DNA of 24,000 bases, taken from the NCBI GenBank assembly GCA_043808305.1, contig JAZDFB010000016.1, positions 24,829 through 48,828 on the forward strand, read 5' to 3'. The position numbers were made by a program, and so were the translations under genes. Source of the DNA: Planctomycetota bacterium. Its GTDB lineage: Bacteria > Planctomycetota > MHYJ01 > JACQXL01. Every line of letters starts with the position of its first letter. Position 1 is the stretch's first letter. This document shows positions 8,242-16,945 of the stretch, piece by piece. Below the pieces are notes generated by a model. It saw nothing but the letters and a program-made list of their open reading frames with translations. It was not told the DNA's origin and made no database searches.

Positions 8242-9414
8242 ATGAAATATCTAGTTTATATCCAGACTTTCGGATGCCAAATGAATAAACTCGATTCCGA
8301 ACTTATCGCCAATGTCCTGGTTGAAAAAGGGTATAAACTGGCGGATAGTGAGGAATCAGCTGATATAATACTTTTAAATGCCTGCTCTGTCCGGGCCCAT
8401 GCTGAAGAACGCGTCTATAACCGCCTGAGTCTGCTCAGCCGTCTGAAGAAATCAAAACCTAACCTGATTCTCGGTCTGGTCGGCTGCATGGCCCAGAAGG
8501 ATAAAGAACTTGCCTTTAAGCGTCTTCCTCAACTTAACCTGGTCTGTGGCCCGCACCGTTATAAAACCCTTGTCAACTTGATTAATGAGGCACAAACTAA
8601 GAAGAAGCATATAAATTGCACCGATCAAGCCGGCCTGCTCTCCGATGAAAACCCGGAGCGGACAAACCAGGCCGTTCCGCCGGATAAGCACTCTTACATC
8701 CAGGCGATGCGCGGCTGCGATAACTACTGTAGCTACTGCATCGTGCCCTATGTCCGGGGCAAAGAAGTCAGCCGCCCTATCCGTGATATCGTAACTGAAA
8801 CCAACTCATTGGTATCCCGCGGCATCAACGCCATAACACTTCTCGGTCAGAACATAACCGCATACGGAGTAAAGAGGAATCCCGCCGGATGGCGGGATGG
8901 ACACAATATGACTTCGGGTAAATCACAAATCAGTTTATCTATCCTGCTCCGCGAATTACATTCTATAGATAACCTAAACCATATAGGCTTTATCACCGGC
9001 CATCCGGCGTTTGTCACCGTCCAGCTTCTGGAAACTATGGCAACCCTGCCCAAAATCCGGCGCGAACTCCATATGCCGGCGCAGTCCGGCTCGGACCGAA
9101 TACTGAAACTTATGAATCGCGGTTACACCGCCCAAGAATATCTTAATATCACAAAAGAGGCTCACCGCTTGATGCCGGATATCAAAATAATCAGCGACTT
9201 TATTGTCGGATTCCCTGCCGAGACCGATGACGACTTCAGTGCTACTGTTGACCTTGTTAAAACGGCGGAATTCTCTAAGATATTCGTTTTTAAATATTCC
9301 TCCCGCCCCGGCACTGCCGCGGCTAAGATGCCCGACGACGTTCCGCTGTCCGTGAAAAAGGAACGGAATAATATACTTCTTGATGTTCAAAAGAAAATAC
9401 ATAACTTACGATGA
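8242..9414 (+). CDS. miaB: MiaB/RimO-family radical SAM methylthiotransferase with no C-terminal TRAM domain
   Basis: Starting at the ATG at 8242, MKYLVYIQTFGCQMNKLDSE is the canonical family N-terminus. The UPF0004 cysteines are present (FGCQMN, NACSVR, VGCMAQ), as is the radical SAM motif CDNYCSYCIVP. The protein ends ...KKERNNILLDVQKKIHNLR, where the TRAM domain normally begins. The track start at 8188 adds 18 non-homologous residues. Confidence 0.85.
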   Translation: MKYLVYIQTFGCQMNKLDSELIANVLVEKGYKLADSEESADIILLNACSVRAHAEERVYNRLSLLSRLKKSKPNLILGLVGCMAQKDKELAFKRLPQLNLVCGPHRYKTLVNLINEAQTKKKHINCTDQAGLLSDENPERTNQAVPPDKHSYIQAMRGCDNYCSYCIVPYVRGKEVSRPIRDIVTETNSLVSRGINAITLLGQNITAYGVKRNPAGWRDGHNMTSGKSQISLSILLRELHSIDNLNHIGFITGHPAFVTVQLLETMATLPKIRRELHMPAQSGSDRILKLMNRGYTAQEYLNITKEAHRLMPDIKIISDFIVGFPAETDDDFSATVDLVKTAEFSKIFVFKYSSRPGTAAAKMPDDVPLSVKKERNNILLDVQKKIHNLR

Positions 9415-10601
9415 ATATAATGAATGATATTAAGTATATGTCCCTGGCGATGAAACTTGCCCGGCTGGGCAAAGGCAAGGTAGAACCTAATCCCATGGTC
9501 GGAGCGGTGATAGTCAAGAACGATAAAATCATCGGCAAAGGCTATCACGAGTATTTCGGCGGACCGCATGCCGAAATAAACGCTATCAACTCCGTCCGAA
9601 ATCCGCGCCTCCTCAAAGGCACAACCCTGTATATTACTTTAGAACCCTGTGTTCACTTCGGCAAAACACCGCCTTGCGCGCCGGCTGTGATTCAAAGCGG
9701 CATTAAACGGGTAGTAATTGCCACCCAAGACCCTAACCCGCTGGTAAGCGGCAAAGGCATCCAGATGCTCAAGACCGCAGGTGTTAAAACTGAATTAATT
9801 AAAAACAGTATTACCAAGGAGATAATAAATATGAACTCACCATTCTTTTGGCGCTACGGCGGACACAACTCAAAACTTCATAAGACCGGGTTGCCTTATG
9901 TCATAGCCAAATGGGCAATGACCGCGGACGGAAAAATCGCTACTATTACCGGAGATTCCAAATGGATATCATCACCGCAGTCGCGCCAGTTCGTCCAGAA
10001 ACTGCGCGCTAAGGTCAATGGCACCCTGGTCGGCATCAACACCGTGCTCAAGGATAATCCTTTGCTTATTCCGCACGGGTTAAAAATAAATTCTAAATTA
10101 AGTGCGCCGTCTCGTATAATCGTGGATAGTAATGCCCGTATCCCGCTGAGTTCGCAAATAGTCAATACCGCCAACACCATACCAACCTATATCGCCGTTA
10201 CATCATCGGCTCCGGCCAAGAAATTGCAAGCCCTTACCAGCAAAGGCTGCATGATAATTAAAACCGCCGCTCCGATGCTCACGAGCGGAGCGCCCCGTAT
10301 CCGAAGGCATCGGGACGGGCGAAAGGCCGTTAATATCAAATCCCTGTTAAAACAACTTGCAGGCCTCGGCATAAACAGCATCCTGATAGAAGGCGGCGGC
10401 GCGATTCACGGCAGCGTCTTTGCGGCCGGCTTAGTGGACGAGGTTTATATCTTTATCGCACCTAAAATAATAGGCGGCAAAGACGCAAAAAACCCCGTCG
10501 AAGGCGCCGGCATAAAACTAATGCACAACGCCTTAGCGCTCAAAAATATGACCGTCAAACGCATCGGCCCGGATGTGCTGATAAATGGATTAATCAAATA
10601 A
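9411..10601 (+). CDS. ribD: Bifunctional riboflavin biosynthesis deaminase/reductase RibD
   Basis: Deaminase zinc motifs GGPHAEINAI and TLEPCVHFGKTPPCAPAV, plus a reductase domain (KWAMTADGKIA, ILIEGGGAIHGS). An ATGA start/stop overlap joins it to the miaB-like gene. Confidence 0.9.
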   Translation: MNIMNDIKYMSLAMKLARLGKGKVEPNPMVGAVIVKNDKIIGKGYHEYFGGPHAEINAINSVRNPRLLKGTTLYITLEPCVHFGKTPPCAPAVIQSGIKRVVIATQDPNPLVSGKGIQMLKTAGVKTELIKNSITKEIINMNSPFFWRYGGHNSKLHKTGLPYVIAKWAMTADGKIATITGDSKWISSPQSRQFVQKLRAKVNGTLVGINTVLKDNPLLIPHGLKINSKLSAPSRIIVDSNARIPLSSQIVNTANTIPTYIAVTSSAPAKKLQALTSKGCMIIKTAAPMLTSGAPRIRRHRDGRKAVNIKSLLKQLAGLGINSILIEGGGAIHGSVFAAGLVDEVYIFIAPKIIGGKDAKNPVEGAGIKLMHNALALKNMTVKRIGPDVLINGLIK

Positions 10602-10605
10602 CCGC

Positions 10606-11832
10606 ATGCCAAAATCTAATATCCAACGCCTGATATCCTTTTTCGGCATTAACGCCAGCATCACCGCCATGGTAGTCATGGTCATATTCGTCGGCCTGGG
10701 CGAAAAGATGGCCGAACGATTCCTGCCCATCTATATCCTGGCTCTGGGCGGCTCAACCTTCGCCGTCGGTTTCCTCAACGCCATGGATAACCTCTTAAGC
10801 GCCCTCTATTCCTTCCCGGGCGGCTGGATAAGCGACAAAGTCGGGCACAAAAAAGCTCTTATCCTTTTCACACTGATTGCATTGGCCGGCTACGCCATAG
10901 TCATTGCCTTCCCTATCTGGCAAGCGGTCCTAATCGGCTCCATATTCTTTATCTCCTGGACCGCCGTTTCATTGCCGGCTGTAATGAGCCTGGTGTCCCG
11001 GGCCGTACCCAAGGATAAAAGGACCATGGGCGTCACGGTCCATTCATTTGTCCGCCGGATTCCCATGGCGCTCGGCCCGATTATGGGCGGACTCCTAATC
11101 GGCGCTTATGGAAACGTCAATGGCGTCAGAATAGCCTTCGTCGCTGCATTCATCCTCGGATTAATATCCATCATCATCCAGTGGCTATTCATGGAAGACA
11201 ACTCGCCGCAGAAGTCAGAAGCCAAGCCCAACAGACCCGGCGGCCTGTTCAAGAACTTCAACCCGGCACTGCGTAACCTACTGGTATCAGACATACTCAT
11301 CCGATTTGCCGAGCAGATACCCTACGCCTTTGTCGTGGTCTGGGTCGTTAACAATATCGGACTGAGCGCCTTCGATTTCGGCATCCTGACAACGGTGGAA
11401 ATGGCTACGGCCATGCTGGTTTACATACCCGTAGCATACCTAGCCGACCGGACCACCAAGAAACCGTTCGTAATAATCACCTTCGCATTTTTCACGGCAT
11501 TTCCGCTGGTGCTGGCATTTTCCCGAACCTTTCCAATTTTAATATTCGCTTTTATCATCCGCGGACTGAAAGAGTTCGGCGAACCGACCCGCAAAGCCCT
11601 GATAATGGACCTGGCTCCCGAAGACGCCAAGGCCACCACCTTCGGAGCCTATTATCTGGTCCGTGACGTGATAGTCGCCATGGCCGCCCTGACCAGCGCA
11701 TTTCTCTGGAACATCTCGCCCGAGACCAACTTCATCGTCGCCTCTGCCTGCGGGCTGGTCGGCACCATTTGGTTCGCACTGTTCGGCAAAGACCTCAAGA
11801 ATATTAGTGCCACTTCGACCAAAGGGAGTTAG
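10606..11832 (+). CDS. MFS transporter
   Basis: 408 aa, strongly hydrophobic with multiple TM segments. An MFS motif-A-like loop, GGWISDKVGHKK (GxxxD[RK]xG[RH][RK]), is present. Confidence 0.8.
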   Translation: MPKSNIQRLISFFGINASITAMVVMVIFVGLGEKMAERFLPIYILALGGSTFAVGFLNAMDNLLSALYSFPGGWISDKVGHKKALILFTLIALAGYAIVIAFPIWQAVLIGSIFFISWTAVSLPAVMSLVSRAVPKDKRTMGVTVHSFVRRIPMALGPIMGGLLIGAYGNVNGVRIAFVAAFILGLISIIIQWLFMEDNSPQKSEAKPNRPGGLFKNFNPALRNLLVSDILIRFAEQIPYAFVVVWVVNNIGLSAFDFGILTTVEMATAMLVYIPVAYLADRTTKKPFVIITFAFFTAFPLVLAFSRTFPILIFAFIIRGLKEFGEPTRKALIMDLAPEDAKATTFGAYYLVRDVIVAMAALTSAFLWNISPETNFIVASACGLVGTIWFALFGKDLKNISATSTKGS

Positions 11833-11901
11833 AGGCACTTATCCCTTCGCGTCAGCGAACGGTATTAGCACTTCTTTAAACGCGCTGATGCTGCAACTCA
11901 G

Positions 11902-12258
11902 TTAGTATTGGTCCATATCCCTGAGCCGCTGGTCGGTGATACCAAAATGGTGGGCGATTTCGTGCCGGACGGTCCGACGGACGGTTTTCTTTATGGCCGC
12001 CTCGCTCCGGCAGAAACGCTCAATGTTCTTCTGAAAGATGGTTATCTTATCGGGCATGACCATTCCATACATATGGGTCCGGTCGGATAGCGGCACGCCT
12101 TCGTACAAACCCAGCACTGATTCCTGTCCGGTCGGCACCTGCCGGGCCGTGGGCCGGTCGGCGATGACCACCTCGATGTCTTTGAGATGACGGCGAAAGA
12201 CCTTGGGCAGGTCTTTGAGCGATTCCATTACCAGATTTTTGAATTCATCCGGTTTCAT
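11902..12258 (-). CDS. Small HExxH metallopeptidase-like protein (zincin/DUF1025-like)
   Basis: The HEIAHHFG motif lies near the C-terminus of a protein of about 120 aa. I prefer the ATG at 12258 (MKPDEF...); the track uses a TTG at 12273 that would overlap the upstream stop. Confidence 0.65.
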   Translation of the reverse strand: MKPDEFKNLVMESLKDLPKVFRRHLKDIEVVIADRPTARQVPTGQESVLGLYEGVPLSDRTHMYGMVMPDKITIFQKNIERFCRSEAAIKKTVRRTVRHEIAHHFGITDQRLRDMDQY

Positions 12259-12269
12259 TTTGGTTGTAA

Positions 12270-13796
12270 TCAATCTATCCGGAATATCTTGCCGAAAGGC
12301 AAAGCGTCGGTGGTAACATTAAGCTTGAGCTTCCTGAGCCCCTCCTGGTCGCCTACGGTCGGCAGGTGGGTAATGTGCATCTCGCAATTGGCCAGCTTTT
12401 TCAGTGCTTTCATGGCCTGTTTGGCCGAAGGATTGAACTGGGCGCTGATAGCCAGCGCCGTCAGGGTCTGGTCCAGATTCAGGCTTTCGGAACGTTCGCC
12501 GTAAACCTCTTTCTTCATCCGACCGATGCTGGCCACGGTCTCCTCGGTCAGCAGGTGAAAATCGTCTGGCAGTTTAACCATGACCTTGAGCGCGTTGAGC
12601 AGCGCCGATGATTCGGCGTGGAGCAGCGGCGAGTTCTTGCCGGTGATTATGTCCCCGCCGGCCAGCTCGATGGCCGCGCCGCAGTAGACACCGTTATGCC
12701 CTTTACCGGACGCCTTGGCGTCCTGAGCCGCCTGCCGGGCATGGCTGACCACCAGGCGCTCTTCTATCTTGATGTCACTTTTCTTAAGGAGCTTCTGCAT
12801 CCGCTCTACGGTATCTTCCTTTTCCAAACCAAGCGCCTCATTTTCGGCGTATCTGAAATACCGCCGGATGATTTCCTGCCGGGCGGCGGCCCTTACGGCA
12901 GCGTCGTCTACGATGCCTTCCTTGGCCATATTCACGCCCATGTCGGTGGGCGATTTGTAATCGCACACCGGGTTGCCCTGGATGACCACGCTGGTTATCA
13001 GGCGCTGGAGTATTGGGAATGCCTCAATATCGCGGTTGTAGTTGACAGCCGTGACCTGATGGGCGCTCAGATGAAAATGGTCGATGGCGTTGAAGTCGCC
13101 GATGTCGGCGGTGGCGGCTTCATAGGCGATGTTGACCGGATGGTCTATGGCCAGGTTCCAGATGGGAAACGTTTCGAACTTGGCGTAACCGGTACGGATA
13201 CCACGATTCTGGTTGTCGTGGTATATCTGCGCCAGGCAGGTGGCTAACTTGCCGCTGTTCGGGCCGGTGGCCGTGACCACCACGATGGGCTTGGTAGTTT
13301 CTATATACGGCTGGACGCCATAGCCTTTGGGTCCGCAGATAAATTCCAGGTCGCTCGGATAATTCTTGATGGGCGTGTGGCAGTAAACCTTCTTACCCCG
13401 TTTCTGGAGCTTGCGGCTGAGCCGGTCGGCCGAGTCCTCGCCGTTGTAAAAGGTTATGACCACGGCCGTGACCGGCAGGTCCTGGCGTTCCAGGTCTTCT
13501 ATATCCTTGATGGTCTGGTCTTCGTAGGTCAGCCCGTAATCGTAACGGATGCGGCCGCGCTGGATATCACGTGCGCTGACGCAGTAGATGATGTCCAGGT
13601 CGGGCTTGAGCCGCTTGAGCAACTGTATTTTGGCATCGGGCTCATAGCCGGGCAGGACCCGCTCGGCATGGTGGTCGGCGCAGAGCTTGCCGCCGAACTC
13701 GATGTAAAGCTTGCGGTCGAACTTGCTAACCCGGGCCAGGATAGCCGCCGTTTGGGCGGCCAGATATTTCTTGGTATCAAAACCTTTAGTATGCAT
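12270..13796 (-). CDS. DUF1846 / UPF0371 family protein
   Basis: 508 aa. The N-terminus GFDTKKYLAAQTAAILARVSKFDRKLYIEFGGKLCADHHAERVLPGYEPDAKIQLL matches the UPF0371 pattern I recall (GFDxxKYLxxQxxxIxxRxxxFxxKLYLEFGGKLFDDxHAxRVLPGF). Confidence 0.7.
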   Translation of the reverse strand: MHTKGFDTKKYLAAQTAAILARVSKFDRKLYIEFGGKLCADHHAERVLPGYEPDAKIQLLKRLKPDLDIIYCVSARDIQRGRIRYDYGLTYEDQTIKDIEDLERQDLPVTAVVITFYNGEDSADRLSRKLQKRGKKVYCHTPIKNYPSDLEFICGPKGYGVQPYIETTKPIVVVTATGPNSGKLATCLAQIYHDNQNRGIRTGYAKFETFPIWNLAIDHPVNIAYEAATADIGDFNAIDHFHLSAHQVTAVNYNRDIEAFPILQRLITSVVIQGNPVCDYKSPTDMGVNMAKEGIVDDAAVRAAARQEIIRRYFRYAENEALGLEKEDTVERMQKLLKKSDIKIEERLVVSHARQAAQDAKASGKGHNGVYCGAAIELAGGDIITGKNSPLLHAESSALLNALKVMVKLPDDFHLLTEETVASIGRMKKEVYGERSESLNLDQTLTALAISAQFNPSAKQAMKALKKLANCEMHITHLPTVGDQEGLRKLKLNVTTDALPFGKIFRID

Positions 13797-13877
13797 AATA
13801 TGATCCCGGATTATTCAATTTGTTGGGTTATAACCTATCAATAAAAATAAGTCAAGGAAATATCCGGGCATAATAGT

Positions 13878-13905
13878 TTGACTTCTCGGATTGGACTGAT
13901 ATAAT
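13878..13905 (+). promoter_or_regulatory. Near-consensus sigma70 promoter with an extended -10, driving the isochorismatase operon
   Basis: TTGACT (13878-13883), a 16-nt spacer, then TATAAT (13900-13905), preceded by TG at 13897-13898. The ATG is at 13922, so the leader would be only about 10 nt, with no obvious SD. Confidence 0.5.
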
Positions 13906-13921
13906 CCGGCTAAAACTATTT

Positions 13922-14539
13922 ATGAGCACGTTACCCGCATCAATCAAACGTTATGTCCGGCGGCCATTCGCCTTCCGTCCGGAATACGCCGCCCTGCTGG
14001 TCATCGATATGCAGAGGTTTTTCCTGGATAAATCGTCGCACGCTTACCTGCCGCTGGCCCGTCCGATTGTGCCGCGCATCAAACAGCTGGTCACGGCCTT
14101 CCGGGAGCATAAACTGCCCGTCATCTTCACGCGCCACGCCCTGAAACAGTCCGAAGACCCGGGTATTATGCAGGAATGGTGGCATGACGTGATAAAGAAC
14201 AAGAGCCGGTTCTCGCACATCATCAAAGAGCTCAAGGCATTCCGCAACTGCGAGGTCATCAGAAAAACGCGTTACAGCGCCTTTCACGGCACCCGGCTGG
14301 AACAAATACTCAAGAAATACAAGATTAATCAATTAGTAATTACCGGCGTGATGACGCACCTGTGCTGCGAGACCACGGCGCGCGAGGCGTTCCTAAAAGA
14401 TTATCGGGTGTTCTTCACCGCGGACGCCACGGCCAGCGAAACAACGGACCTGCACCTGTCCAGCCTTAAAACGCTCAGCCACGGGTTTGCCGTGCCGGTT
14501 ACCTCAAAGGAAATAATAAAGATACTCTCATTGCAATGA
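13922..14539 (+). CDS. Isochorismatase-family cysteine hydrolase
   Basis: ALLVIDMQRFF (catalytic Asp region), PVIFTRH, and the catalytic Cys context LVITGVMTHLCCETTAREA. Confidence 0.85.
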   Translation: MSTLPASIKRYVRRPFAFRPEYAALLVIDMQRFFLDKSSHAYLPLARPIVPRIKQLVTAFREHKLPVIFTRHALKQSEDPGIMQEWWHDVIKNKSRFSHIIKELKAFRNCEVIRKTRYSAFHGTRLEQILKKYKINQLVITGVMTHLCCETTAREAFLKDYRVFFTADATASETTDLHLSSLKTLSHGFAVPVTSKEIIKILSLQ

Positions 14540-15417
14540 TTTACGATACCATCATCATCGGGGCCGGGCCGGCCGGAATAGCCGCGGCCATCCAGCTGAA
14601 ACGAAACGGGCTCAACGCCCTGCTTATGGAAAAAAATCAGTTGGGCGGACTGATGCTCAACGCCAACCTGATAGAAAATTATCCGGGATTCGATAAAGGA
14701 ATAACTGGAGCCGGCCTGGCACACAGATTCCAGCAACATCTGAAACAGCTGGGCATCAAACCGATGTTCCGAACTGTCCGGTCAATAAAGCAGACAACCC
14801 AAGGATTTGCGGTCGCCACCGACAAAGGTATTTACAACTGCCGCTCGCTGGTCATCGCCAGCGGCACCAAACCAAAACCACTGGGCATTGCCGGCGAAAC
14901 AGAAGCCGTACTCAGTAAAAAACTGCTCTACGAAATCAAGGATATACCGGACAATAACCGGAGTAAATTATTCACTGTCATCGGCGGCGGCGAGGCGGCA
15001 TTCGACTACGCCCTGAACCTGTCCCACCGGGACAAATCCGTTAATATCGTCTTCCGCAACGGCCAACCGCGGGCGATGGCCCTGCTGGTAACCCGTGTAA
15101 AGGACAATAAGAATATAAAAATATGGCCAAACATCAAGCCAACCCGGATATTCATTACCAATAATAAAGTCGTACTATGCGGCAATCGGGACAAACAAAA
15201 TGTGGCGCTGTACAGCGATTGCATCCTGGCCGCCATCGGGCGAATGCCCTGCCTGGATTTCCTGCCGGCCCGATCCGAAAAAATCCTCAAAGCTAAAGGA
15301 CTCTTCATGGCCGGAGACGTCCGGCGCGGCAATCACCGCCAGACAGTCATCGCCGCCGGCGAGGGACTGCTGGCCGCCATGCAAGTTATTGACTACATAA
15401 AGGAATTGAAATGCTGA
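14536..15417 (+). CDS. NAD(P)/FAD-dependent oxidoreductase, thioredoxin-reductase-like fold but without the CxxC redox motif
   Basis: Dinucleotide motifs YDTIIIGAGPAGIAAA and FTVIGGGEAAFDYA, and a C-terminal FMAGDV. I see no CxxC between the two Rossmann motifs. ATGA overlap with the upstream gene. Confidence 0.8.
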   Translation: MIYDTIIIGAGPAGIAAAIQLKRNGLNALLMEKNQLGGLMLNANLIENYPGFDKGITGAGLAHRFQQHLKQLGIKPMFRTVRSIKQTTQGFAVATDKGIYNCRSLVIASGTKPKPLGIAGETEAVLSKKLLYEIKDIPDNNRSKLFTVIGGGEAAFDYALNLSHRDKSVNIVFRNGQPRAMALLVTRVKDNKNIKIWPNIKPTRIFITNNKVVLCGNRDKQNVALYSDCILAAIGRMPCLDFLPARSEKILKAKGLFMAGDVRRGNHRQTVIAAGEGLLAAMQVIDYIKELKC

Positions 15418-16352
15418 AAGTAATCTCAGAACAGGGACGGCCGGAACTGGCCACGGTTTATGTCGGGCGGATGCGCGACGGCTCGGACAAGCACCTGGTT
15501 GAGTTCGTGGAATCGGTCCAGCCGCCCATCCCGCGCCAGAGCAAGTGGGTCATCATCGTCTCCTCGCAGTTCGGATGCCCCATAGGCTGCCTGATGTGCG
15601 ATGCCGGCCGCAAGTTCTCCGGAAACCTGACCGCGGACGAAATCCTGGCCCAGATAGATTACCTGATTACCAAATATTATCCGACCGGCGCGGTGCCGGT
15701 GCCCAAGTTCAAGATACAGTTCGCCCGGATGGGCGAGCCGGCCCTCAACCCGGCCGTGCTCGAGGTGCTGGAGCAACTGCCCAAACGCTATAAAGCCGAA
15801 GGGCTGATGCCCTGCATCGCCACCATCGCGCCGCAGGGATGCGATGGATTCTTCGAGCGGCTTATCGACATCAAGAACCGATTGTACAGCGGTGACAGGT
15901 TCCAACTGCAGTTTTCCATAAACACCACCGACCCGGCAAAGCGTCAGGAGCTTATGCCCTACCCCAAATGGACTCTGGCCCAAATCGCCGGATACGGCAG
16001 CCGTTTCCACCGGCCGGGCGACCGTAAAATGACGCTCAACTTCGCCGTAGCCGAAGGCTACCCGGTTGACGCCGATATTATCCGCCGCCATTTCAGCCCG
16101 GAGCAATTTCTGATCAAGATAACTCCGCTCAACCCCACCCGGCAGGTAGCCAGCAATAAGCTGAAAACATATATCGATCCGAACGGCGCCGGACAGGACA
16201 ACGAGCTGGTCGCCCGGTTCACACAACTGGGCTATGACGCCATCCTGAGCATCGGCGAGCAGGAAGAAAACCAGATTGGCAGCAATTGCGGCGAGTTCGT
16301 GAGCGTGTTGCAGGACAAGTCAGCGCTGGTTGATACCATCGGATTATTATGA
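15411..16352 (+). CDS. RlmN/Cfr-like radical SAM enzyme lacking the RlmN N-terminal domain
   Basis: VIIVSSQFGCPIGCLMCDAG (compare RlmN LCVSSQVGCALECKFC), ARMGEPALN (compare MGMGEPLLN), KITPLNP (compare NLIPWNP), and the C-terminal IGSNCGEF (compare DAACGQL). It overlaps the upstream gene by 7 nt (ATGCTGA). Confidence 0.8.
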   Translation: MLKVISEQGRPELATVYVGRMRDGSDKHLVEFVESVQPPIPRQSKWVIIVSSQFGCPIGCLMCDAGRKFSGNLTADEILAQIDYLITKYYPTGAVPVPKFKIQFARMGEPALNPAVLEVLEQLPKRYKAEGLMPCIATIAPQGCDGFFERLIDIKNRLYSGDRFQLQFSINTTDPAKRQELMPYPKWTLAQIAGYGSRFHRPGDRKMTLNFAVAEGYPVDADIIRRHFSPEQFLIKITPLNPTRQVASNKLKTYIDPNGAGQDNELVARFTQLGYDAILSIGEQEENQIGSNCGEFVSVLQDKSALVDTIGLL

Positions 16353-16873
16353 TTGACCAAGGAGCTCGTAAAAAAGCAGCCGTGCTCATTAAGGATTTCC
16401 GAGATGGCTTGATTGATAACGATGAATTTGTTCGGGATTACCCTTCAACCAAATCTAAAGACACAGCATTACATGCTATTTACACACATCTTTGGTTTTA
16501 TTATGCTGATATCAGTAAACATCGCCTTACAGAAAAACATTCATTAACAGAAGAGGGGAAAGCAGTATTTAATCGATGTATTGCTTTTTTGGAATCGGAC
16601 AAAGAATATGATTATCCTATTAAGGATTTTATATCATTAACCGCCGCTGTTACGCGTCCTTTCATTTCTTTCATTATTAGCTTCTCTTTGGTCATGTGTC
16701 TTATTAAAATTTTTAATGTCAGTCGTATGTGGGCACTTATCATCGGATTTTTGTGTTGGATAATGGTATTAATATTTCGTTTCTTATTAAAAAGACGCAA
16801 CAAGAAATTTTTCATTAATTGGGAAAAATGGCCTTTCCATCCAGATAAAGAAACATCCGGAAATAATAATTAA
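16349..16873 (+). CDS. AT-rich hypothetical membrane protein with a soluble N-terminal ~95 aa and 2 predicted TM helices
   Basis: ATGA overlap with the radical SAM gene. Hydrophobic segments RPFISFIISFSLVMCLIKIF and WALIIGFLCWIMVLIFRFLL. I recognise no family. Confidence 0.55.
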   Translation: MIDQGARKKAAVLIKDFRDGLIDNDEFVRDYPSTKSKDTALHAIYTHLWFYYADISKHRLTEKHSLTEEGKAVFNRCIAFLESDKEYDYPIKDFISLTAAVTRPFISFIISFSLVMCLIKIFNVSRMWALIIGFLCWIMVLIFRFLLKRRNKKFFINWEKWPFHPDKETSGNNN

Positions 16874-16945
16874 ACAAATACTCTTTTTCGTGTTAATTCG
16901 TGGTTAATAGCAGTTAGTGTTTATCTGTGTAATCTGTGGCTAAGG

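Noticed and set aside
9380-9420. FMN riboswitch upstream of ribD
   Set aside because: The ribD start overlaps the stop of the preceding gene (ATGA), so there is no leader to hold a riboswitch.
11846-11859. ttcgc-gtca-gcgaa hairpin after the MFS gene as an intrinsic terminator
   Set aside because: The stem is only 5 bp and no T-run follows. It may be a weak relative of the tcccgc hairpins, but the support is too thin to annotate it.
12618-13844. Long plus-strand ORFs (209 aa and 155 aa) inside the DUF1846 gene
   Set aside because: These are typical stop-poor antisense frames of a GC-rich gene. The same explanation covers 15426-16226 (-), 17273-17944 (+), 19217-19621 (-), 21286-21930 (+), 21884-22348 (+) and 22739-23287 (+). 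In each case the opposite strand carries clear family motifs or, for the fibre gene, a synonymous-site conservation pattern.
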